Source: Bigelowiella natans CCMP2755 (Eukaryota; Protista; Cercozoa). Taken from it: 64,000 bases of DNA. Shown here piece after piece: positions 52,700 to 64,000 of the stretch. Below the pieces are notes generated by a model. It was not told the origin of the DNA. It saw only the letters and a list, made by a program, of their open reading frames with translations, and did not search any database. The DNA is taken from the NCBI GenBank assembly GCA_000320545.1, contig ADNK01003482.1, forward strand, positions 62,001 through 126,000. The letters run 5' to 3'. Within the stretch, counting starts at the first letter, position 1; each line of letters starts with the position of its first letter. A program made the translations under genes and the position numbers.

Positions 52700-54150
52700 T
52701 CATATTTCTCTCTTTCTCTCCTATTCTCTTTCCTCCCTGTGGACATCCATTAGTTGTGCAACTCTAGAATGCACAATCTCTTTAGAGTGCACATGTCTGC
52801 TACGGTGGGTGTCGATTTTGGAATCATCTAGTAATCACACGCGCATGAATGTGCACATCGTGAAACTTGGTTTGTGGTGGCAAAGCATATATGCCGTCGA
52901 TCCATCGTACGGATCACGTACCGTTTGCAAGATTGTGCTAACACGGTGGCTAGAGTGAAAGCTTTCACGTGCACATACATCAAACATTGTTCCTTTGCAG
53001 CATTCACATCTGCCTATCTGTCTGTCGTGCGTGCGTGCATGCGTGTGCATGCGTGCCACGGTGCGTGTGCACACGTACGTACGTGTGTGTACGTGTATAC
53101 CGTGTGTGCGCGCGTACATGCAAAAAGTCAACTCGGTCAAACCCGGTTATACACTATAGACATTGTTTACAATCGATCATTGGCTTCGCATTTTTCGCAA
53201 AAACGCTACAGCGTTTTTGTACAGCGTTTTTGTCCTTCGAAAATGACACGTTTTTCTAGTTTTGGTCGTTGCCGTTTCTCGGTCGAGCAAATTGCATTTT
53301 GACGCTCGGCCAAGCTGCGCGCGCACGTAGATGTGTCCTGTCATGTGCACTGCTGTGATTGCATTGATCAACAAATCTAGAAATGTGAAGCGCTGAAGTT
53401 TGGCAAGAGTTGCAAGCAATGTGCGCAGCGCTGCATTTATCTGCAGCAGTGTTTTGAATGCGGATGCAAGCGCGTGCGCACGCGCACAGCCAACTACACA
53501 CATGTGCACACGAAAAATCCCAGCTGCGTGCGAACATGTCTCACTTTCTCACTGCGCGCTGAAGCTTCAAATCGGCTTCAAAAGCTCGCTCTTGCTCATC
53601 AAACACAAAGTTTGTTACAGGTTTGACCTGAGTTGCACGCGCTACGTACGACCACACAGACACAGCATGTCTAGATGTGTCACATGTCATATGTGTTATT
53701 ACATGCATCACATATTAGACACAGTGTGTGTCATGTACATCATGTGCTAGTATGTACGTATGTCTATTGTACGACACATGCATTGGCTGCATGCAGTAGC
53801 CGCGTGCACATGCCTAGCTAGCTGCTCTAGCTAGCTAGATCGATGTAGTGCCATGTGTGTTGCTAGCTAACTCGATCCATCTCCATCTGGTCACTATAAG
53901 CATTTGTAATATGCTGGATTGCGATGAAACACGTGCCATGCAATGCTAGAATGATGCGATCGATTGACATGTGCATCATGACACGCAACTAGCCATGTTA
54001 GCATGTAGCTCGCGAGATCTATATAGCTCTAGTGCTACAGAGATGAGCATGTACATGAACTGCATAAATAACGCATGTCATCGTGTAGCATTCACACTTA
54101 GCACTATACGTGTCGTACATCGATCGTACATCAGCGAAATGTCTAGTCAT
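52700..54150. repeat. Degenerate repeat block with CTAG/CATG/TGCA-rich tracts
   Basis: Lies between convergent RPL29 and the channel gene; ctagctagctgctctagctagctagatcgat near 53814. Confidence 0.6.
53129..53635. mobile_element. MITE-like element with terminal inverted repeats
   Basis: Left caactcggtcaaacccggtta versus right reverse complement caactcaggtcaaacctgtaac; about 500 bp, non-coding. Confidence 0.6.
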
Positions 54151-54153
54151 AGA

Positions 54154-55579
54154 TTAGCTATGTTGCTTTCGTGCCAGCTTTTTCTTGTTCGCCTCTGCTG
54201 CATATCTTTCGAATGTGAATAGCGGAAACATGAACCATGCAGTGACGAGAAACACCCCAAGCATGTATCCAATAGCACTTAGTACATCGATCTTCTGAAG
54301 CAACTCCGGAGCCACGCTTTGGTTGTGATCATAGGAATATAAGTACGCAATAAGAGAGCAGAGACGCATAGCAAAATGCTCTCAACAAGCAAAAGAGAAT
54401 GCCATATGGAGAGAAATTGTTTATGTTTTCTTTATTCAGAATACTCTTCTCATTCATGTACCTGCCATGGAGCATGTAGTTGATACCATTCTGGACGCAA
54501 CTGTGAATAATACAAAACTGTATGACTTGAAAGATTTCTTCAATATGATGTTGGTAGCGAAGAGAGATTTATTTTGAAGAGCCTTCTGACTAACAAACTG
54601 ACCTGATGAATACCAGCATGAAGCACCAGGAGAACCTGTGTATTGTGCAGAAACGATAATCACAACGGTGGAAAAGGTTAAGACGAAAAGTAAGCCATTG
54701 GAGGTCGTCATTATCATCATCATCATCATCATCACTATCCAGAATATGTTCATGTGGAGAATCTGATATTCGTTGATATGGGAAACGTTGGTAGTACTCA
54801 AGATATTGGATGAGAAAACAAATCTATGAACTTCATCTTATAGACCGTCCAAAAAGTTGCTACTACAACGACAACAACAACAACAACTACTACTACTATA
54901 GTGATGATGCTTATTGTTGCTGCTTTCAACCAGATATCTATCCTTGTGACGTACGGCACTTTTGGCAGCATGTCGACTGCAATGAAGTACAACGCTATCT
55001 CCGACAGCACGATCGTGCCAGATATCTGAGGATGATAACGATAAAGATGAGCATCAGGAGGTGGAACTTCCATAAACCTCGCAGCATGGAAATCGGTCAA
55101 AACAGGAGTCACAGCAGACAGCAGAGACAAAGACAAATGCATGGTTTTTGCAGTGGTTGTTACCGAGAACCGGTCCGCAATAGCATCACACTCGCACATG
55201 AACGATGTAAGCTCCATAATCGACAGAAGAATTTGAGGCATCACCAAACGCATGATGTAATACCTGATCGAAGTTAATCGTAATAATAATCAACCAATGT
55301 TACTTACTACGACTCTCCTGTTTCCACTGTTAATTCGTCGTCATCCATCAATAAATACTACCATGGATTTCTAGCCAAAGTCAAACGCACAATGATTTCG
55401 GGGTATCTAAGGAACAGTGTTAGGAGGAATGGATGAGGAGAGGGAGGAGGAGGAGGAGGAGGAGGAACAAAGAAGAGCTCTCTCTACATATTTTGTATCA
55501 TCATGGGTTTAAACAATCACATCATCATTTGAAACTATGTTATCAGTTAGCAGACATTGCATCATGTGTGGACTAAATA

Positions 55580-55610
<31 letters not shown>

Positions 55611-55777
55611 CACATATTTAAAGCTTTTTATGCGTGTTGAACGACATATGGTCAATAATAAAGGCATCATATCTCTTACGGGTCTTCACTGTCCTCGTAA
55701 GCGGTGTAGTACTCGTAAAGATGAGTTCTCACTATCATCTCGTGAGATACTAGAACATATCTGAGAAAAAGAGAAAA

Positions 55778-55830
<53 letters not shown>

Positions 55831-56563
55831 ATAAAAGAAGGAAGAGAGGTTAAGGTGGGGAACAACTTATGTAAATGTGGCACAAATGAGATATCATTTT
55901 CTAGTCGTCATGAGAAGCTCTACTACTCGTTCATCGCATCCAGTTTCGGGTCGATTTCCATCTCAGCTGCCACTATTTTAAGGTCATTTGTGGTCCAGCC
56001 TGGAAGAGGTAGATGTTTAACAATAGTCGAAGTGACGACTCAGAAGATCCTCCTCCTCCTCCTCCTCCTCATCATCATCATTATCATCATCAGAGTGATC
56101 AGAATCATCAACGTTCTTCGCTCTACATGGCAATTCTACGCCTTTCGAACCCACATCAGTCATTTGCCATCAAAAACACAATTTCAGACAAGATCATTGA
56201 ATGTGCAGTAGCAGCACTGACTCCCCTTTTCCTCCTCCTCCTCCTCCTCCTACTAGCCCCTCACAACTTATCACATATAATCGTCATCCTCCTCCTCTCT
56301 ACATCCAAGACTACTTACCAAATTGGATTTCAGTGTCTAAATTGATAACGTCGAATGGAAACTCCTGCATAAAAGAGAAGGGAGGGGAGGGGGGATGCAA
56401 CAACTACACCAGTCAGGACTATATCGATGTATTAAAGTCCAGGTCATGACGATAAAACATCGACGAGAATGTGATACAAAGACCCTCTTCACGTTCGTTT
56501 TCTTCCTTCTACCCTCCTCCGCTACCCCTCTCGGGTACTCTTCCTCCATTGTCCCCATTCTCT

Positions 56564-56599
<36 letters not shown>

Positions 56600-58030
56600 T
56601 TCACCTGCAAGGACATTCTTTGCCGGAGGGTGGGAATGTAACGTGCGTAACGACAGAAAACAGGCCGCTTTCGCATCATGTAAACACCAGTACACTTTTC
56701 GATATCTTCTGTTTTCTCCGTCAGGTTTCCTGCAGTATATAGCATAAGTTCCATGTTAATAGATAGCAAGGAACTATGACATATTACCATCCTAAAAGTG
56801 TAATCAAAGAGAATCAAAATGACGACTGCGACAACGACATTGACAACCGAATTGCATGTATGGCTTGAATCCACCAGCATCATCGCCTGAGTTCAGTGTT
56901 TATTATTTGATACTGAGAATATGGTACGAGGAGGAGGAGGGGGGAGGAGGAAATTGCCGAAGACAACCACACTACCCTGACTCAATTCAAAAAAACAAAA
57001 AATATTGGGTGGAGAGTAGGATAACGATATAACTATAATAATAATAATAATAATGATAATTATGACGATGATAACGAGAATTATGATATTTTGGTAGTGA
57101 TACATATAGTGGTGTGTCGATAACAACGATCATAATCATCCAGCAACAGCTAAAGCTGCGTAAAAGAAAGTGCAGTAAACAACCCTCTCCGTATGGATCC
57201 TTCTTGAATTCATAATCGCTCTTCAAGTTATCTGTGTGGGTGATGAGAGAATTCAATCGGGTACACATTGCTGCTGCTGCTGCGACATATTGGATGTCAT
57301 GATGAAGTAGCGCATTATTAGATTTGTGTGCATATATCATTCCATTCTTCGCCTGGCATTTTTGCATTTGTGCTTCATTCTACACGAACGCACCGTCATC
57401 AATCCAATCCATCAAAATCCCCATATCCGGCTTAAAAAACTATCAAATATCGGATAAGTTGATGATTATATGATAATGATTATTATTATTATTATTATGA
57501 TGACATATAATTGGCACAAGTTATTTAGGAAAAAATATCGAAGACAATAGTATGTGTATCAGATGATGATGATGATGATAATGATGATGGTGATGGTGAT
57601 GCTGATGCTGATGATGACAAACTTGATTCACCACCACATACATACCTCGTCGATTAGATTCACTTCCTGTGATAGCAGCATCCAGAATTCAATAGTGATA
57701 ACGATGATAGGATGATGATAAAGCCGAGGCAGCATGAGAGAAGATCGCAGGAAACATATACCGCATAGGAATAATAATGATAATAATAATAATAATAATA
57801 ATAATACAGTGAAAAAAGAGAAAGGTGTCAGCTACTCGGAGTTAGGATAAGACTATCAGGCAATACATGCATACATATACATCACCAACACAGCGATTTC
57901 GAGGAGATAATTGGTATGGGGAGCTGCTTGCTACTTTCTCTTTCCTTCTGAACGCGTGCATGAGTGTGTGCGAACGTTCTTACCAGCACGTCGTTGAGCA
58001 TGCAGGAGAACATCACCACGTGCTACACAG
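54154..58030 (-). CDS. Pentameric ligand-gated ion channel subunit, Cys-less (Pro-loop) type (multi-exon; 5' end uncertain)
   Basis: Exons: FKPDMGILMDWIDD, LRQRMSLQ|EFPFDVINL, YPEIIVRLTLARNP|WYYIMRLVMPQILL (pre-M1/M1), ADRFS|ISGTIVLSEIALYF (M2), LPKVPYVTRID, and M4 IDVLSAIGYMLGVFLVTAWF. Confidence 0.82.
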
Positions 58031-58449
58031 CATATCATCACCAAGGGAAGAGAAAGGGGACGATGAGTGGGGTTGGGATATTATTGCTAAGGGAGATAAT
58101 AAAGCGTCGCTTAAACAGAGAATAGACCGGCGAACAAAGGAGCTGCTGAGCATATAGGTGGGAATGCTAATAGGGGTGTGACATTCGATACGTCGATGGA
58201 CACTCCGGTCGCCCTTGTGTTTATGTGTACGTGTGTGAGGTGAAATCCGTAATCGTTGCTTGCTTCAAATGTTATTGTGGATAGTTAATGTCTCTACCTT
58301 CCCCCCCATCTTCTCGTCCTTTTCACCTTTCTATGGCCATTTCGATGATGAAATCACAAATACGAGGAGAAACAGACTCAGCGGAGGAGGACGGGGGTTA
58401 GGAGAGGCAAAATGCCTTGCTTCCTTACTGAAGCTATTGTGTTAGAATT

Positions 58450-59790
58450 ACAACAACCGGTGGGAATTTGTAAGGCCTTCGCACATCCAACGATTTCCTG
58501 CCTGCAACAACCGTAGTACCGCTGTGCTTGCTTTCGCTGCTTTTCGTTTCACCTTTAGTTGTATGATATTCATGATACATCGAGTATGAACATGATGATC
58601 AGAAATAAGGGCTAAGTATCATTTTCTCTTCACTTAGAAAGAAGAACTTCCTATTTACACACATGTTTTCAGCGCTGACTGTTAATATTAAAGTTGTGCC
58701 ACCATTTTGTTGGCCATTTAGCTTCTTTTCCCCAAGCTTCAGAATATTTCCATTCGGGCGTTTTCTTAAATAAAAATCACGTTTGTGTGTGTGTGGGGGG
58801 GGGGGGTGGGGTTGTGCGTGTATATACCCATTTGATGCTACATAAGTAGCAACACCTCACCTTTCTTCCTGCAAGATCGATTGGCTCCCAATGCATAGAG
58901 CTACGGCAGTCCCGACATTTAAGCCAACTGAGATTCGAGGATATATAAGACGCAATATGCTTCCACTTCCGCATATTAAATTAGGTAAAGAGCAAGTTGT
59001 AAGTGAAACTAGAGGTAACAAGGAATATCACATACACTGATAGCCAGCAATAGCAGAGATGATACAGGACACCACAACTTTTTCCCAGGCGACTCCTACA
59101 GTACCATGTCGTAGAATATTTGTTGATTAAAGGTCAGCAGTTCATGCAAGGAACACCTCACTAAAAGAGAATCGACTACTTTTCGGGCCTTGCTTCATCG
59201 AATCCTTTTCAGCTGTAGTACACCAGCGGATCACTACAACCAGCATCATCATTCCGAAGGTGGTAAATGCACATGCGCTGGCATGGACGTAGGAAGCTGG
59301 AATCTTCAGAAAGTCGAACATCTGTCAGGATTAAGCGAAATACAGAATGACTTACGAATCCGCTTCATAGATATCACCCAGAAAAAAAGATCGTTCTGAC
59401 CTCGATAACGATGCTTAGAGCGTCCACCATTTTCTGTGATTGCATTAGAGATTTTATTCCTGAAATTTCGAAATCATAGGATCAATGCAGACTCCCAAGA
59501 CACCGAAATTGATGAACAGTAACGCCCACGTGCGCTATTACAATGAAATGAGGGGTAAGCTAGGCTGGAGCACCTTGGAATATCTAGGTGAATATGTATA
59601 TTGCTTACGTTACATCTATGCGACAATCTATCATCGTTTGTCGCATCAACATTTAGGGAATTCACCTGCGAGCATGTCGCTGAGATAGTTCGGATGTGGA
59701 AAGGTCTCTTGTCGTCGTTCACAGAGTGGGCTTTGGCATTGTCGTATGTGAGAAATGCAAGCGTACTGTCCTGGCAACTGGACATTTCAA
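58450..59790 (-). CDS. Exon-like hydrophobic segments: separate membrane-protein gene or 5' part of the channel gene
   Basis: MFDFLKIPASYVHASACAFTTFGMMMLVVVIRW, GVAWEKVVVSCIISAIAGYQ and LICGSGSILRLIYPRISVGLNVGTAVALCIG, bounded by splice-like sites. Confidence 0.3.
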
Positions 59791-60079
59791 AGTTGAAATT
59801 TTGGAGGGAAGGTATATCGTGAGTCTTTACTTCATGCGAAAATGCATTAAAAAAAACCGATTAGCTGCAAATGACAACTTATTTTGTAAAATTATGCAGA
59901 AATTATCCTATAATTTTAGGTTTTTGTACGAGAAAGATCTACCACAAGTGCTGCTTTATTACAAAGTCCCCTTGAGCCACTCACTGCTCCAGAGGATTTA
60001 CAAGCACGCATCCGTAGAGCTTATTCCGTGTTCGTTAACTACGCACATTGGCACTCAAAGTCCATACAAGTCATTCTAA

Positions 60080-62046
60080 ATGGCTAAAGTAAGCGAATCG
60101 TGCGTTATTAATATCTCTTTTGGAGAGGTCCAGCAGCGGGTTCGATTCTTTAAAGGCACATCCTATGAGGCCCTCCAACAGATCTGTAAGGATGTGCATG
60201 GATTAGATCGATCTCTTTCAGTGCTGATCAGAGACCAAGGTCCTTTTTACCTGACATTTTATCAGACGTAATTTCTCACTTACCTTCCAAAATCTTGTAG
60301 ACGGGGTTGCTGTTGCTCTATCCGACGGTATTCCACACGAAAGCACTTTCAGACTTGAGATTATCAAGCGAAAGAGGAAACAGCCTTCGAGCAAAGTGGA
60401 TGGTTCTGGCAAGAGTCGCTCTGGTCCAAAACAAAATTCCATCAAGAAGCAGCAGAAGAAGTCTAAATTACAATGCATAACCCCATCCGGAGCTCATTCC
60501 AGCAATTTGGTATCGGATTCGAATCTCGGCAGAAAGACCTTGTTTACGAAATCTCCATCGCAGAGCGAAACACCGTCTTCTCAAGGAAACGAAAATCAAA
60601 AGTCGAAGAAGATTAAACCTAAAATCGAGAAGGAGGAAAAAATCGACTGGAAAGTGGGGGATGTGTGCGAGGCGAAGGTTGATGGAACGTGGAGGAAAGC
60701 CAAAGTTATCCGAGTTCGCAAGGGAAGAATCTCCATCTCTATTGCGGATATGCTTGGGAAATTTATGGACAAGCCTCTGCGCCCGATCGCAAACAAATCT
60801 ATGAAGCCAGTGCAACAAACGGCGGAAAGAAAATTAGTATCATCAGAATTGGAAACTATCCAGAACAATATGGAGGATGTCGAAGGAATTGACTTAGCGG
60901 ATAATTCCAAATCTTTCTGTCCTGAGCTTTCCCAGCTTCCCTTAACTCAGAAAGATGTGGCACCAAAGATGTTGCCAAATTCATCACAGCTACCTGCTAC
61001 TCTTGACAGAAAATCGTTCACGAATTTAAAATTCTTCGCAGCAAAAGGTAGCTGCCCACCGCCTCTTTGGGGAGCAACTATGACAACAGCACACGACGGG
61101 AAAGTAATTCTCCATGGAGGAAACACCGCTGATTCCACCCACGATCACCTATACTGCTTCAATAGTCATAGCGGGGAATGGACGGAGTTGGCTGTGGTAT
61201 GTGCTGGAATAATGTTCGCACTATTTCTCAAAAAAACGTTCTTACAAAGGGGAGTCAAGAAAAGGCCAATTTTATTCCTAAAATATATATATCCCGCGTT
61301 GAATCTCAAATTAATCTCGCGCAGCAATGTGTGTGTTTGTGTGTTTGTGTGTGTGTTATGTGTATGTCCGACGAAAAAATTGAGTAGTTATGCGATGTAC
61401 TTGCAGGATCGAAAGCCACAAGCTCGTGCATGGCACAGCGGTACATCCTCACTCATGCATTATTCTCAATCGATTGAATATCTTCTTAGTTGATTTCAAT
61501 CATATGCTTTATTAATTAGCCACTTACGTTCCGGACCAATCTTTGATCTTCATATTTGGAGGTGATAACATTTTTTTCAGACTGCTTCTCGTCATCCTGC
61601 ATCAACATTTTCAGCAGGCACAAGGTTGGACATGACAATATATTACATTACTTCATTAGGGGAGAGTGTTTCAAGTCGCCGAAATCCAAAGGTGCTAAGC
61701 GAACCTCTACTTCTGGACACGGGTAAGTCAAAATTGCCGTATTGCGAACGCAAGAGGGGAAAGGGGAAGTGGTCACTTCGCGTGATATTGTAACATGCAC
61801 CGCCTTCGATATTCCTTTTTGAGGAGCTAATACTTAACTTTTCCTGCAGAGCTGCATTATTTCTACCCCCCGGCAACAAACGGTCCATGCCCCAAACCAC
61901 GAGCAGGCCATTCCTCCTCGTTAGTTGGGGACAATATCATCATTTTTGGAGGCTGTAACGGTGTGAACTTCTTCAATGAAGTCTTCTGCCTGAACCTGAA
62001 AACTTGGACTTGGTAAACAATGTTCTTCGTACGAGAAATAATACTC

Positions 62047-62081
<35 letters not shown>

Positions 62082-62600
62082 ACATAGAACATACATTCTG
62101 GTTCATCACATCGTCTTAATGTTGATACGACCTCTTCCTATCATGGGGTGGTTAGGTCTCAGCCTAAAGTGATCGGAGAGTCTCCAGAGCCTAGAGGATA
62201 TCACGCTGCAACACCCGTAGGGTCATGTTTGGTTATCTGTGGAGGAAACGATAGAAAGAACACATATGACTCCGTGTGGATTCTCAATACTGAGCTCTGG
62301 ATATGGCAAAAAATGGACAACATAAACATCCCAGCGCTGACCGGGCATAAAAGCATTCTCATCGGAGAAACCATATTTTACGCAGGGGGTTGGAACACGC
62401 AAGAGGAAGAGGAAGATAGGAAATGCTCGGAATACGTCATTGCATTAGATACAAAAACTTGGCAGATGGAGACCGTTACAGCCTGCCCATTCTTTAGCCG
62501 CGTGGGTCACAACTTGACAGTTGTGAAAAATCGGCTTGTGATGTTTGGAGGCAGAGGCGCTGGCGGTGTTCTAAATTCCGATCTATATTTGTCACAATAA
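60080..62600 (+). CDS. Kelch-repeat protein with N-terminal Ubl/PB1-like and Tudor/Agenet-like segments (multi-exon)
   Basis: Kelch blades PQARAWHS, PKPRAGHSSSLVGDNIIIFGG, PEPRGYHAATPVGSCLVICGG, SRVGHNLTVVKNRLVMFGG; Tudor-like WKVGDVCEAKVDGTWRKAKV. Confidence 0.85.
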
Positions 62601-62665
62601 GCCAAATGAAACTCAACAAATTTAATCCTTCAAGTAACAAATATACATTTGTACAAATATCACCC

Positions 62666-62705
<40 letters not shown>

Positions 62706-63139
62706 ATTCCATCGCTAGTGCTTATAATCTTGAAATTAGTATCCTATTTACATTCATAACGTGCTTATATGCAAGTTGAAAGTGACTTATTCTCCGAAGT
62801 AGTCATCACCTCGCAGCGTAGGTCCAGATGTTGTAGAAACCACTTTGAATATCGAAGCATCCAGAACGCACATAGCCACACGGTTTTCATCACGACTGAA
62901 ATATGTAGTGTGAATCTACAGTTGATTGCGTGATAGCAATGTAATTGGTGGGTCACAACAATTCGGGAGGATGGGATGAGCGTCGATGGTATCATCTAGA
63001 TCATGCCGCCGCGCCAATTCGCAAGCAAGCTAGCATGAATGCAAGCTGAGTTAATGCTGATCATTGGAGTGGCTCCGCCTCATAGCATCTACTAGCTAGC
63101 TAGTCTGAGTCACACACATGCGCATGCGATGTGCGTGCA

Positions 63140-63715
63140 CAGATGGAGATGCTTTCGATTCAAATGCATGACACACATAATAGACTAGGCACAACCTAAG
63201 CGCTGCGTAGCCGCTGCGCTCAATTTGCACAGCTGCATCAGGATGACTGTCACAAGTCCGTCAAACCTGTAACGAATCGCCAGAATGTGCATTTGGAAGC
63301 TTTTGCGCGCGACCAAGCGCGTCATGTGATGCAATGGACATTGGATTTGCTCGCATTTCTTTGAAATTTTTCGTGCATATCACATTTGGTCAAACGCACA
63401 CGCAACAAAAGCATTCAAAATGTGGCAGAGAACAAACGCGCAGCGCGCATCCGCTACACAACGGGTGTGAATTTTCACACTTTGAGGCCTTGAAAATGGA
63501 CATTTTGGTCAACATTTCGGTCATTTTTTCAGGTTTGGCCATCGGACAAGTTCTAATGACTTTTCTTTGACTAACTGCAACTGCCTGCTGCTTCAAAGCG
63601 CGTCGCAAAGCGCTGCACTGTTCACAACCCCGTCGTTACCGGGTTTGACGGACTTGTGGTTGACAAAAGATTTGCATTGATCACTTCATTGCATCCGTCT
63701 CTGTCTCACATGTGC
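63140..63715 (+). mobile_element. LINE 3'-end remnant interrupted by a MITE
   Basis: ...cacagctgcatcaggatgac [insertion] ...cacttcattgcatccgtctc. Confidence 0.75.
63251..63658. mobile_element. MITE with about 25-bp terminal inverted repeats
   Basis: cacaagtccgtcaaacctgtaacga ... tcgttaccgggtttgacggacttgtg. Confidence 0.8.
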
Positions 63716-64000
63716 TAGTGTGGACGTAAACCATTGCATTCATCATCAGCAGCAATGCACACATTTTGCAGCAATGTGTGACACATAGCAAGCAGCTTGC
63801 ACATGCTAGCTGCCAGAGCATGCAGCGGCCGCGCACCACGTACGCGCGCGTGCAGCTCCATGTGGTCAATTGTTAATTAGAGCTATGCATCTAGAGGTGC
63901 AGCGCGCCAAACATAGCACACCCCCTATACATAGCACGCGCACAAGGCATGCCAGCATGGTCTACTGGAGAGGTGAAACTGCTTGACTGTTGCAAGCTAG

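Overview
Intron-rich eukaryotic nuclear DNA, most likely from a protist (the taxon cannot be fixed from sequence alone). It holds about 15 protein-coding genes, most of them spliced and therefore poorly captured by the ORF track. Recognisable products are a divergent Arf-like GTPase, a SEC14/GOLD protein, NUF2, a DHHC palmitoyltransferase, HEATR3/Syo1, CSN8, homocysteine S-methyltransferase, an ammonium transporter, an MDR oxidoreductase, a TPR tail-anchored protein, an acylated ubiquitin-like protein, RPL29, a Cys-less pentameric ligand-gated channel and a Kelch protein. There are also two or three uncharacterised multi-exon genes. Genes sit almost entirely in head-to-head pairs, and the tail-to-tail gaps are filled with decayed transposons (at least 7 copies of one LINE 3' end, plus MITEs). 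The most striking signal is a repeat-restricted mutational signature. TpA dinucleotides have been converted to TpG/CpA, so Tyr becomes Cys or His between paralogous LINE copies. One stretch of about 1.9 kb retains only 7 TpA, all inside CTAG, while neighbouring genes and introns are TA-rich. This suggests a RIP-like genome-defence process running in the opposite direction to fungal RIP. Exon boundaries were inferred by eye and gene starts are sometimes approximate.
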